From assembly GCA_041678455.1 (NCBI GenBank), contig JBAYOH010000002.1, forward strand, positions 4,482 through 68,481: a stretch of 64,000 nucleotides of DNA, in the 5' to 3' direction. The notes beneath the pieces were generated by a model. That model ran no database searches, was not told the origin of the DNA, and worked only from the letters and a program-made list of their open reading frames with translations. Made by a program: the position numbers and the translations under genes. This stretch comes from Methanofastidiosum sp. (GTDB taxonomy: Archaea; Methanobacteriota_B; Thermococci; Methanofastidiosales; Methanofastidiosaceae). Of the stretch, positions 17,078 to 26,823 are shown piece after piece; the first letter of the stretch is position 1, and each line of letters opens with the position of its first letter.

Positions 17078-19909
17078 ATGGTTCTCTTGGAAATCGAAGA
17101 AAAATGGCAGAAGAAATGGGAAGAAGCCAGAATTTTCTATTCTGACCCCAACAACATGAAAAAATTTTTTGTAAACTTTCCTTACCCATATGTTAATGGA
17201 TTCATGCACTTGGGCCATTCATTTTCCCTCATGAGGGCAGAAGTTTTTGCACGGTATAAGAGAATGTGTGGATACAACACCCTCTTCCCTTTTGGATTTC
17301 ATGCGACTGGAACACCAATAGTTGCTGCCGCCGAGAGAGTTCGAGACGGTGAGAAATTACAGATTGAAATATTAGAAAAAATGGAAGTTCCAACGGAACT
17401 AATTCCAAAATTTTCCGAATCTGAATTTTGGGTAAGGTATTTCCCGGAAGAATCTATTAAAGACCTAAAACTCCTAGGTTTATGTATTGACTGGAGAAGA
17501 AGTTTCATAACAACTTCTCTAAATCCCTATTATGATAAATTCATCAGGTGGCAGTTTAACAGATTAAAGGAAAAAAACTTTGTTGTTAAAGGTGAACATC
17601 CAGTAACTTGGTGCCCAAAATGCAACAATCCTATAGGAGATCACGCAAGACTTGAGGGCGAGGGCATCACCCCTGAAGAAATAATCTTACTCAAATTCAA
17701 ATTTAATGGAAAGATATTACCTGCCGCTACATATAGGGTAGAAACAGTTTTTGGTGTAACCAATATGTGGATGAATCCAAACTTCAATTATATAGAAGTT
17801 GAAGTTGATGGTGAAGTCTGGATTATATCACCAGTTACGGCTGAGAAATTAACCAATCAAAAACACAACATCAAAATTATTAGAGAATTAAAAGCAGAAG
17901 AATTGATTGGAAAATTGTGTGAAAATCCATTGACAGGTGACAAGATCCCCATTCTTCCTGCAACTTTTGTGTCACCTGAGATAGGCACTGGAGTTGTCAT
18001 GTCTGTTCCATCCCACGCACCTTACGATTATATAGCATTGAAAGACATACAATCAAATCCATCAAAATATGGCGTTCCAGAAGCTCTTGTCAAAAACATA
18101 ACACCAATTTCACTGATAGCTGTAGAGGATTTTGGCAAGAATCCTGCAATTGAAATATCTGAAAAGATGGGTATCACTTCTCAAGAAGATGTCGACAAAC
18201 TTGAAGAAGCAACTAATATTATTTATAAGAAAGAGTTTCACCAGGGCGTATTAAACGAGATAACTGGAAAATATAAAGGAATTAAAGTCTCTGATGTCAA
18301 AAAAATTATCGTTACTGATTTTATTAATGATGGTATCGCAGCATTATTTTATGAGCTCCCTGGAAAGGTAGTGTGCAGATGCCTTACGCAAGGTGTTGTA
18401 AAAATAGTATCTGACCAGTGGTTTTTAGCATATGGAAATCCAGAATGGAAAGATCTAGCAAAGAAATGTCTTGCACAGATGAATATTTATCCCGAAAAGG
18501 CCAGAAAACAGTTTGAGTATGTTCTTGACTGGTTAAAGGACTGGGCATGTACAAGGGAATTTGGGCTTGGAACAAAACTCCCTTGGGATGAGAAATGGGT
18601 AATTGAGTCACTTTCGGATTCTACTATCTATATGGCTTACTATGTTTTGGCAAAATACTTTGAAGACCCATCCTATAAAATTGACCCAAAAAAACTCGAT
18701 GATTATTTTTTTGATTATATTTATTTGAAACGTGGCAATCTAGATGAAGTTTCAGCTAAAAGCGGATTGTCAAAAGAATTAGTTTCAGATATGAAGAAAG
18801 AGTTTGAATACTGGTATCCTTTTGAATTTAGGAATAGTGGAAAAGACTTAATTCAAAATCATCTTTCTTTTTGCATATTCAATCACGCTGCCATATTCCC
18901 AGAAGAGCTATGGCCCAAGGGATTTGGGGTAAACGGTTGGGTGCTCGTAGACGGAGAAAAGATGAGTAAATCAAAAGGTAACTTCTATACAATCAGACAG
19001 ATTGTGAAAATGTATGGCGCCGATGCAGCAAGGATTACCCTAATGAATGGCGGAGAAGGTCTTGACGATCCCAACTGGAATAGTGAATTTGCAAGAACAA
19101 TTACTGACAAATTGAAGAATTGGTTAGATTTCTGCGTTGAAAATTATGGAAAAGGTAGAACTGAAAAGTTGTACATAGACAGGTGGTTCTTATCTGTTTT
19201 AGATAAAGCGGTAAAAGAAACAACTGAAGCTATGAGTGATACCAATTTTAGGACAGCCCTTTCAAAAGGGTTCTTTGACCTTCAAAGAGACCTTAAATGG
19301 TACTTAAAGAGATGTCTTAATTCTCCAAACAAAGAAGTCATTTCTGAAGTCATAAAAACTCAAACACTGATATTGGCACCCTTTACGCCCCATATCTGTG
19401 AAGAGATTTGGGAAAAACTAGGATTTGATCCATTTATATCAAATTATCCCTGGCCCGAATACAATGAAGAAATGATCGATAAGATCTCAGAAGAGAGTGA
19501 GTACTACATTGAAGAAGTTGTAAATGACATAAGGGAGATAACAAATGTCCTATCAAGAGGAGAACATAAGACTTTAGAAAGAATTGACATATTCACTGCA
19601 GAAAACTGGAAGTGGGACCTTATTGAAGTCATAAAAACAAGAGATAATATAGGCGAAGCCATTAAAACAGCGATGTCAAATGAGGGTTTCAGAAAAAACG
19701 GAAAAGACGTAAATCTCATAATCCAAAGATGCTTTAAGAACAGATACTTTCCAGAAAGATTCGATGAAAAAGAGGTACTTAACGAAGCAAAGGCATTTCT
19801 AAAGGAAGAGTTCAAAGCAGAAATTAATATAGACCCCGCAGAAGATCCTGGAAACGATAGAAAAAAGGCACTCCCAAGAAAACCAGGAATGCACATCTAT
19901 TTCAAATAA
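17078..19909 (+). CDS. leuS: Leucyl-tRNA synthetase, archaeal type
   Basis: HIGH-type motif PYVNGFMHLGH, KMSKS and an N-terminus EIEEKWQKKW typical of archaeal LeuRS. The protein is 943 aa. Confidence 0.9.
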   Translation: MVLLEIEEKWQKKWEEARIFYSDPNNMKKFFVNFPYPYVNGFMHLGHSFSLMRAEVFARYKRMCGYNTLFPFGFHATGTPIVAAAERVRDGEKLQIEILEKMEVPTELIPKFSESEFWVRYFPEESIKDLKLLGLCIDWRRSFITTSLNPYYDKFIRWQFNRLKEKNFVVKGEHPVTWCPKCNNPIGDHARLEGEGITPEEIILLKFKFNGKILPAATYRVETVFGVTNMWMNPNFNYIEVEVDGEVWIISPVTAEKLTNQKHNIKIIRELKAEELIGKLCENPLTGDKIPILPATFVSPEIGTGVVMSVPSHAPYDYIALKDIQSNPSKYGVPEALVKNITPISLIAVEDFGKNPAIEISEKMGITSQEDVDKLEEATNIIYKKEFHQGVLNEITGKYKGIKVSDVKKIIVTDFINDGIAALFYELPGKVVCRCLTQGVVKIVSDQWFLAYGNPEWKDLAKKCLAQMNIYPEKARKQFEYVLDWLKDWACTREFGLGTKLPWDEKWVIESLSDSTIYMAYYVLAKYFEDPSYKIDPKKLDDYFFDYIYLKRGNLDEVSAKSGLSKELVSDMKKEFEYWYPFEFRNSGKDLIQNHLSFCIFNHAAIFPEELWPKGFGVNGWVLVDGEKMSKSKGNFYTIRQIVKMYGADAARITLMNGGEGLDDPNWNSEFARTITDKLKNWLDFCVENYGKGRTEKLYIDRWFLSVLDKAVKETTEAMSDTNFRTALSKGFFDLQRDLKWYLKRCLNSPNKEVISEVIKTQTLILAPFTPHICEEIWEKLGFDPFISNYPWPEYNEEMIDKISEESEYYIEEVVNDIREITNVLSRGEHKTLERIDIFTAENWKWDLIEVIKTRDNIGEAIKTAMSNEGFRKNGKDVNLIIQRCFKNRYFPERFDEKEVLNEAKAFLKEEFKAEINIDPAEDPGNDRKKALPRKPGMHIYFK

Positions 19910-19953
19910 TTCTTTTGATTAACTAATAGAAATCAATTTATACTGTATAGTGT

Positions 19954-20565
19954 TTGGCATATCAAGAGGGAAAGCCTATGCTAGGAACACTAATACAGCT
20001 TATAATCTTGTTTTTTGTAGTTATTGACCCTCTTGCAAGTTTCTTTGTTTTTTATGCTACTTCCTCAACGATGGTTCCAAAAGAAAGGCAGAAGACGGGC
20101 ATCCTTGCTATACTAATTGCTGTTTTACTGTGTTTTATGGTACTTATCTTAGGCCAGCGATTATTGGAGTTATTCAGCACAACTCTGGACGAGTTTAGGA
20201 TAGCCGGAGGTATAGTACTAACAATACTAGGAATAAAGATGGTTCTTGGTGAACCTCTGGTAAATACTCATGAGAAAAAAGAGGACTCAGCTAGAGCTTT
20301 GGCTTCTATTATTGCAACGCCTCTTATAACGGGGCCTGCCACAATATTTACAATAATCTTAGCAAGTAGCGATTATGGAAAATTCTTAACAGGTCTTGCT
20401 GTAGGAATTGTCCTGCTAATAACAGTTTTATTATTCCTTATGTCAAATAAGGTAAAAAAACTATTGGGCGATACAGCAACTCAAGTTGCTACAACTATTC
20501 TTGGCCTTGTTACACTTTCTTGGGGCATCAAGTTCATAATTCTCGGTATAAAAAGTATATTCTAA
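19954..20565 (+). CDS. MarC/UPF0056-family membrane protein
   Basis: 203 aa with six TM helices. The N-terminus resembles MarC. Confidence 0.6.
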   Translation: MAYQEGKPMLGTLIQLIILFFVVIDPLASFFVFYATSSTMVPKERQKTGILAILIAVLLCFMVLILGQRLLELFSTTLDEFRIAGGIVLTILGIKMVLGEPLVNTHEKKEDSARALASIIATPLITGPATIFTIILASSDYGKFLTGLAVGIVLLITVLLFLMSNKVKKLLGDTATQVATTILGLVTLSWGIKFIILGIKSIF

Positions 20566-20599
20566 ACTATTAGATTTGGCCTAAAATTCTCAGCTTAAA

Positions 20600-21856
20600 C
20601 TAAAGAATAATTGTTGCAACAAGAATCAAAATACTTACACTTGCAATATCCATTACGCTTGTAAGTAAAGGTATTACCACATTATCAGGATCTATATTTG
20701 TTCTTACTGAGAAATATGTAAGATAGTATGAAGTTAGCATTATGGCAAACGAAGATATAATAGCTACAAATATAGATACTTTAAGAATTACAAAGAAAGC
20801 CATCTGAGGTATACCAAGTAGTGTTGACATCACAAAAGCAATTATGGCAAGCAATGGAAATAGAATTATTGTAATTACAAATGTATTGAAAAATTCTTTC
20901 AATATCTTTAACTTAGGTAGAAAAGTAATTTCTGCCTGACCTAAGTGAAAGCTTGTAGAAATTCTAGCTGATAGAATGCTCCCTATGTTTCCATTTTCAG
21001 CATTAAAGAGAGGAGATAATACAAACAATAAAGGAAAAATACCTATGAGCTCTAAGTTTTTGTCAAGAAGTGAACCTGCAATAGTACTCAAAAAAGCGCA
21101 TATTGCTAGAAATGCCATGGATTCTTTTAATATTTTTTTTGCATAATAACTATTCCTAACAGAAAATAAAGAAAAAATAATTATAATGCCACTTATAATA
21201 AGGCTAGAGAATAACATGAACCCTTTGCTTAAAGAGAAAGATATTATCCCAATTGCGAAAAGGGAGGCTACATTTAAGATATCCCCAATTGACGCTATCA
21301 GCGGGGAGGATACATTGTCAGGATCAAGACCTTTTTTAAAAGAGAAAATAGATACTAATAAAGTAGTTAAAATAAGACCAATTGCAGCAAAGAGAGAAGC
21401 GAATAATGAAATAAAGAATAAGTGAACAAATCCTATCGTCTGATTACCAATGAAAAATCCCCCAATCATTGCAAAAAAAGCTATTACTGTGGCCATAACT
21501 ACAGTCTGTATAAGGGAAGAATGCACATTTTCTGCTATTAATTTTGATCCTCTTAGACTAGGAGTTATTTCACCAGTATGCAAGCCTGTTGAAATCCTTG
21601 ATCCCATTGAAGCATAGATATTTCCTCTCATGTCGATTGCGGCGGGAAGCATTGTCAACGTTCCAGGCAATAAAATCAAGAATCCAATCATTTTTGTGAG
21701 GTAAATTCCTGCAAGAATATCAGCAAAAGCACAGATTATAAGTGCAAACATGCTCTGTTTAATTATTGTATAAAAATCAGAAAAATCCAGTTTCGGGAGC
21801 CATGTTACAAATCTCTTTGAAGAAATCTTTACCGATAAGATCTTTTTCTTTTTCAA
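20600..21856 (-). CDS. Tandem MgtE-transmembrane-domain divalent-cation transporter (SLC41-like, no CBS domains)
   Basis: Two copies of the MgtE TM signature (GNIYASMGSRIST...DPDNV and GNIGSILSARIST...DPDNV). The start codon is TTG. Confidence 0.6.
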   Translation of the reverse strand: MKKKKILSVKISSKRFVTWLPKLDFSDFYTIIKQSMFALIICAFADILAGIYLTKMIGFLILLPGTLTMLPAAIDMRGNIYASMGSRISTGLHTGEITPSLRGSKLIAENVHSSLIQTVVMATVIAFFAMIGGFFIGNQTIGFVHLFFISLFASLFAAIGLILTTLLVSIFSFKKGLDPDNVSSPLIASIGDILNVASLFAIGIISFSLSKGFMLFSSLIISGIIIIFSLFSVRNSYYAKKILKESMAFLAICAFLSTIAGSLLDKNLELIGIFPLLFVLSPLFNAENGNIGSILSARISTSFHLGQAEITFLPKLKILKEFFNTFVITIILFPLLAIIAFVMSTLLGIPQMAFFVILKVSIFVAIISSFAIMLTSYYLTYFSVRTNIDPDNVVIPLLTSVMDIASVSILILVATIIL

Positions 21857-22022
21857 CTACATGCACTCCCTTTTTAAATGCCAATTTATGGATCAGAGAT
21901 CCTCTCCGCCACGACCGATGACCCAATAAATCGTCTTCTTCCATTTTTCATCACTTAGTTATAGCCTACATATCCTTAAAATATTTAAAAAGATTTCTGT
22001 AAAAATTTCTTTTGAATGCCTT

Positions 22023-22403
22023 TTGGGTATAAGAATAAGGTTTATAAATTTAGGCCATGATTGTAATTTAATGAAGAGAATAAGGCCTTTTATCAAGAAC
22101 AGCACTAAAGTTAGAGTTCTGACAAGATATCTAAATAACAACAGGGAAGTAAAGGAATACATGGAGAGAGTTAATCCTGTTTTTTATGAGATTTCATTTC
22201 TTGACTGCTATGTTGAAAAAAGTATAAGTGAAGAGGTCAAAAAAACCTTGGAAGCATACGAAGGCCTTGAAATAACAACAGATGAAATCAAGGACAACAA
22301 ATATACATTTTACATAGATAGTAAAGAAGGCGAGCCAATTATCTGGATGAAAAACGAAGATCAGAAGATTAGATTCTCCAAGATCCCGGTAGAGCTATCA
22401 TAG
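22023..22403 (+). CDS. Hypothetical protein of 126 aa
   Basis: ORF only. It lies immediately upstream of the MBL-fold gene. Confidence 0.3.
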   Translation: MGIRIRFINLGHDCNLMKRIRPFIKNSTKVRVLTRYLNNNREVKEYMERVNPVFYEISFLDCYVEKSISEEVKKTLEAYEGLEITTDEIKDNKYTFYIDSKEGEPIIWMKNEDQKIRFSKIPVELS

Positions 22404-22413
22404 ATGATATAAG

Positions 22414-23175
22414 ATGAATTCAAAGTTTTTAGGATCTGTAAGATTACATGCACCTTACCACCCTTCTATAGTCATGAAACTTGACAAAATAGAGTTTAGA
22501 ATAGATAGCCCTTGTGGGGCAAAAAATGGAAACAAAGTATATCTTTTAACACATTTTCACTTTGACCATGTTAGGTCGTGTATGGCCGGTGGGGCAGACT
22601 TTCTAAACCTTTCTGAAAATCCAATAAAAATCTATGCACCTTATGATGACAGAAAAGAGTATGGCGAAAATGAAAACATTTTTGACATCCATTCTAAGAT
22701 GATTAACTTCCACGCCAAAGGAAGAAGGAAACTTGTTCCAATTCAGGAAAATGAGAATCTTAGATTTAATGGGACTACTGTTGTTCCTGTTCCCTTAAAA
22801 CATACAGTGCCTAATTTCGGATATTACATTAGTAATTCAGAAACAAGTGCCCTTATCACAGGGGACTGGGAAGGTTCAAACTACAAGAACAGGCAAAAGA
22901 TAATTTCTTTGGCGCCAAGGGTATTAATCACAGAGTGCAGATACTTTTTTGAAGAGGAGGTAGAGATTGCTGAGGAAAGAATGCACGTTCATTTAGAAGA
23001 TATTCTTGACCTAAAGAAAGAATTAGAAAATACAATGATTATCCTAACCCACATCTCCCATAGATACCGTGACCTAGATGATATTGTCAGATTAACAAAA
23101 GAAAAGGACTTGATTCTAGCAAAGAACATATCGTTTAACAACACCAGTTGCCGCATCCGGGAACGATTCAAATAA
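22414..23175 (+). CDS. Metallo-beta-lactamase-fold hydrolase (RNase Z-like)
   Basis: THFHFDH matches the HxHxDH motif. Length is 253 aa. Confidence 0.6.
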   Translation: MNSKFLGSVRLHAPYHPSIVMKLDKIEFRIDSPCGAKNGNKVYLLTHFHFDHVRSCMAGGADFLNLSENPIKIYAPYDDRKEYGENENIFDIHSKMINFHAKGRRKLVPIQENENLRFNGTTVVPVPLKHTVPNFGYYISNSETSALITGDWEGSNYKNRQKIISLAPRVLITECRYFFEEEVEIAEERMHVHLEDILDLKKELENTMIILTHISHRYRDLDDIVRLTKEKDLILAKNISFNNTSCRIRERFK

Positions 23176-23258
23176 TTAACATAATCTATAAAGAATATTT
23201 GTTTTTCTAAATATTTGATAACAGTAAAATTTAAATAAAGTTAATTGAATATATAATG

Positions 23259-23545
23259 TTGCACAGGTCGAAACTTCGCTGGTAACAAAGTCTTTCATTC
23301 CTTGCATCTGGGCCGCTTAGGCGGATTTGAGTATCACGCTCCACCCGCATACAAGGCTCTTGGACAAGGGTATTTCCGGGATGGCTAAGTCTTATCGGAA
23401 AATGTTTGAGTCACACTCGAACTTACCCGGTCCATGACATTGAAAAAATGTCTCTATCGGACACCGAAAGGCAATAGCCGTTTCGAGAAGTCGAAACATC
23501 CGGCTATGAAAGACCTACTCCTTTGAAGCGACAAACTGTGCATCT
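23259..23545 (+). ncRNA. Candidate structured ncRNA of about 287 nt, class undetermined
   Basis: GC-rich island in an AT-rich genome with no ORF. A TATA box TTTAAATA sits at 23230..23237. The 5' TGCACAGGTCG pairs with the 3' CGACAAACTGTGCA. An oligo-T tract (TTTTCTTTTT) follows the 3' end. There is an internal hairpin ATAGCCG-TTTCGA-GAAG-TCGAAA-CATC-CGGCTAT. Confidence 0.4.
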
Positions 23546-23654
23546 TTTCTTTTTGAATTAAAGTTTTGATTGTTATAAAATATACAGATATTGATAAAAT
23601 CATTAATCGCAATTATAAAACTATTACATTTAAAGGACATAGAAGTCTCAAGTT

Positions 23655-23879
23655 ATGTTTCAAAATGTTATACTGCTATGGATTGTTGGTATAATTATAG
23701 TATTAATATACTATTATTTTGATGCGTGGATACCTAAAAAGAAATTTGAAAAATACATGGGGCCGGAATCGGGATTAAAAGGAACTTTTCTTTTAGTCAT
23801 ATTCTCAATATTTCAGGCTGGCCCGCTTTATGGTGCATTTCCAATAGTATATATCCTTTACAAAAAGGCGCTTCAATAA
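23655..23879 (+). CDS. Small membrane protein of 74 aa. It may be a fragment of a degraded permease.
   Basis: Two TM helices. Downstream frames encode further hydrophobic peptides interrupted by stops. Confidence 0.3.
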   Translation: MFQNVILLWIVGIIIVLIYYYFDAWIPKKKFEKYMGPESGLKGTFLLVIFSIFQAGPLYGAFPIVYILYKKALQ

Positions 23880-24120
23880 AAAAAATATATTCATGTTTCT
23901 TGGATGCTTTTCATCTCTCAAGGTATCAATGTTAACAATTGAGATCGGTTATCTTGGATTAGGATTACCTTTGCAAGGGCTGTAATTATAGTCCTATTGT
24001 TCATAGCAATAGGCTACTTAATGGATTATTACCTAAAAGATAAAGATTTCAAGATTATTGACCCTACAGAGACTCAATAAAAAACGTATGTTTTATAAAT
24101 GATTAAAAAAAAAGAGAAAT

Positions 24121-25179
24121 ATGAAACTAATCTTGTCTTTTTTTGTTTTTGCTGTACTTACCTTTTCAAGTCTTTTTCCGCTATCCTCCGGAGATTCTGT
24201 TTTGTATACTCTAGATGATGAGTATATAGTCAAAGACCTCTCGTTTGATCCAAGTGTAGATAGTTTTTATATCACAGGAGAAATAAAAGATAGCGATGAT
24301 ACATTTATTATTAAGTCTAAAAATGGTCAGTTTTTAAGAGAACGGACAATTGAAAATTTTAAAATTTATAAAATTCTAAATGACAAGTATTCTAACACTT
24401 ATTTGTTAGGGACTTCTGGCGATGGGAATAGCACTCTTGTAAAACTTACATCAAGCCTCAGCAAGAGGTGGGAAGTGAAAATAAAATTCTCAGATAGGGA
24501 TGCTTTATCTTCTTTTACAGTAAACGATAATCAGGAAGTTACTATATTAGGCTATTCTACATACAAAAGAGAGTCGGATAGTTTTGTTATAAAAGTGGAT
24601 CGAAACGGAAAAGTCATTGCAGAGAAAATATTGAATATTGGCCCATTTGAAAGACCGTATCAAATCTTAGAGAACGATCAAGGTAACTTTTATATTACCG
24701 GTGAATCAAAAGATAAGAACTATGATATGTTCGTCTGCATGCTTAGTAAAGATTTTGAAACTCTTTGGATTGAATATTTTGACAATGGAAATTGGGAAGA
24801 TGGCGGTCTTGCTCTTGAGTTAAGTGGTGAAAATATCATTGCGACCGGTTATTCTGGAAAAGAAGGATGGTACGTTTTTGACACTGTTTTCTTCGAGTAT
24901 TCCAAAGACAGTAATGTGAGCACATTTACCAGGAAAAGTCTTTCAGGAGGGAGTGACTGGATTAGACAGTTTAAAAGAAACGGTGATTATTACTACGTCA
25001 TTTTATGGGATATACTTACCGGGAAAGACTTCACCCTAAAGCTTGACTATTACTTTGACATATTGACAAAAAATGAAATTGCTAAAGAAGAAATCCCTCT
25101 CAAAATAATTGATATACATAATAAAACTTACTTTGTATTCTCAAAACAAAATGCAATCTATGTACGAGATTTAGGATAG
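24121..25179 (+). CDS. Secreted beta-propeller (SBBP-repeat-like) protein
   Basis: N-terminal signal peptide. Repeated units FYITGE.KD....F / IATGYSG resemble SBBP or PQQ-like propeller blades. Confidence 0.5.
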   Translation: MKLILSFFVFAVLTFSSLFPLSSGDSVLYTLDDEYIVKDLSFDPSVDSFYITGEIKDSDDTFIIKSKNGQFLRERTIENFKIYKILNDKYSNTYLLGTSGDGNSTLVKLTSSLSKRWEVKIKFSDRDALSSFTVNDNQEVTILGYSTYKRESDSFVIKVDRNGKVIAEKILNIGPFERPYQILENDQGNFYITGESKDKNYDMFVCMLSKDFETLWIEYFDNGNWEDGGLALELSGENIIATGYSGKEGWYVFDTVFFEYSKDSNVSTFTRKSLSGGSDWIRQFKRNGDYYYVILWDILTGKDFTLKLDYYFDILTKNEIAKEEIPLKIIDIHNKTYFVFSKQNAIYVRDLG

Positions 25180-25180
25180 C

Positions 25181-25576
25181 TTATTGAAGTTCTTCTTCAT
25201 TTGCAATGTAGTAAACTGTTCTAAGAGGTATCTTTAAACTTTTTGATATCTCTTTTACAGGGACACCTAGCTCATACATTTTTTTTAATTTGCTGACTGT
25301 TTCGTCATCATATTTATTTGGCCTTCCAGCACCCTCTCCAAAAGGAACAAGTAGCACCCCAACACGCTCCAATGCTTTTTTGACCCTAATTGACGTCAAG
25401 GAATAGAGACTTTTTGGGCAAAGAATATATTTTACATTTGGTGCATGCTCTAATACTTCAACCATAATGTCAACTGATGGCCTCATGTTGATATAAATTT
25501 TTTCGTCATTATTAGAAAGATTAATTCTTAACTTTTTTATAAGGTCTCTTTTATTTTTTGCGATTATCTTTTTCAA
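25181..25576 (-). CDS. Small protein with a C-terminal HTH domain
   Basis: The C-terminus GVPVKEISKSLKIPLRTVYYI is HTH-like. The gene overlaps the upstream 385-aa gene by 4 nt. Confidence 0.4.
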   Translation of the reverse strand: MKKIIAKNKRDLIKKLRINLSNNDEKIYINMRPSVDIMVEVLEHAPNVKYILCPKSLYSLTSIRVKKALERVGVLLVPFGEGAGRPNKYDDETVSKLKKMYELGVPVKEISKSLKIPLRTVYYIANEEELQ

Positions 25577-26730
25577 TCTTGAGCCCCCTTAAGTTCTTGT
25601 AAAAACTTCTTTGTTATATCTTTTTTTTCACCACTCTTAACTACTCTTTCGAGGAGATGCTTGTTCTCTTTAGATATTACTCCATAATTTTCAGCTCTTA
25701 TCAAAGCAGATTCGAATTCATTGTTATCTATCGAGAAAAATAATAAGGTCTTGTCATAATCTTCTGACACCAAATAATATGAAATTGCGGCAACTAAGCT
25801 GTTCTTCTCTTTTAGATTCATATCTTTCAGTGTGTTCATCATCTCTTCTTTCAATAGTACAGTCTTATAGAATCTACCTAACAATGACTCATTTGGTTCC
25901 GGGTCAATTGTAGGAAATGGACCTCCATATATCTTTCGTTCCATATATGTTTTTTTCAAATAGAAGAGTGCTATGTCTTCACATATTGCATCTACCCCAA
26001 ACGGTGCATAAGCTATTGATAGAACTTTTCTTATGTTTTTATCATATATCGGAGGTCTGCCAAGATCAATCTTCTCATCGTAAAAATCACGCTTATATTG
26101 GGGATTTTCTTTTCTGAATGGGGAATACTCTTTAGGGCCTCCCATCATTCCATATTCTTGGGGAATTCTCTTTTTAGAAGATGGCTTGCTCTTTGATTTA
26201 TCCCCAAGCATATTCATTATCTTTCTGTAATTCTCTCTCTCTTCCTTATTTAAGGAAAAAAGAGTTTTCATATACTCTCCCGAAAAAGAAAGGTAGTTCA
26301 TTATGCCCAATCTATAGACGCCATCTGGGCTAAAGATAAATTTTCCTTCCCCACCTCCCTCTGTAAACTTCAGGGCTTCATGTCCGGCGTATATTATGCC
26401 ATCCTTTTCAAATCCCATGGCATCTATTAACTGACCTATGGCGACTCTGTGTGCCGCAATAGCATGTTGAATATTGTCAAAACATATCTTTTTTTCCATA
26501 GCCCTTTTTCTAAAATAAGGGTCATGTGCATCCTTGATGCCTTTAATAACAAAATAAGGATTTTGGTATCCCAAAAACTCTATCTTTCTTCTAATTGAAA
26601 TTAATTCTTCATAATCTCTTTTTAGTTTTAGATACGTATCAAGAAAGTAGTCACTATCCTTCAATCTATCAGGGTTTACACTATACTTTAACGTATCAAG
26701 ATAACTAGAAATCCTTGATATCAGACTCAT
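25573..26730 (-). CDS. Hypothetical protein of 385 aa
   Basis: Long ORF with no recognised motif. It is translationally coupled to the HTH protein. Confidence 0.4.
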   Translation of the reverse strand: MSLISRISSYLDTLKYSVNPDRLKDSDYFLDTYLKLKRDYEELISIRRKIEFLGYQNPYFVIKGIKDAHDPYFRKRAMEKKICFDNIQHAIAAHRVAIGQLIDAMGFEKDGIIYAGHEALKFTEGGGEGKFIFSPDGVYRLGIMNYLSFSGEYMKTLFSLNKEERENYRKIMNMLGDKSKSKPSSKKRIPQEYGMMGGPKEYSPFRKENPQYKRDFYDEKIDLGRPPIYDKNIRKVLSIAYAPFGVDAICEDIALFYLKKTYMERKIYGGPFPTIDPEPNESLLGRFYKTVLLKEEMMNTLKDMNLKEKNSLVAAISYYLVSEDYDKTLLFFSIDNNEFESALIRAENYGVISKENKHLLERVVKSGEKKDITKKFLQELKGAQD

Positions 26731-26823
26731 ATATTTCGCCGGGATTTAATGTAATTGCAATAATCTTATAAAGATATGCATGAAAAAATATTGCAAAAAG
26801 AGAATATTTGAAAAAAATAAAAA

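Noticed and set aside
21888-21905. Shared motif GGATCAGAG(A)TCC at 21890 and again at 56802, each forming a short hairpin. I considered a dispersed repeat, a small RNA or a C/D-box sRNA.
   Set aside because: There are only two copies, 12 to 13 nt long, with different flanks. No C/D (UGAUGA...CUGA) box pair is present. This is compatible with chance in 64 kb.
23259-23545. Assigning the ncRNA candidate specifically to RNase P RNA or SRP RNA.
   Set aside because: I could not find the universal RNase P CR-I (GGAAAGUCC) or CR-V (ACAGAA) motifs on either strand. I also found no clear SRP helix-8 GGAA/AGCA motifs. The class is left open pending a covariance-model search.
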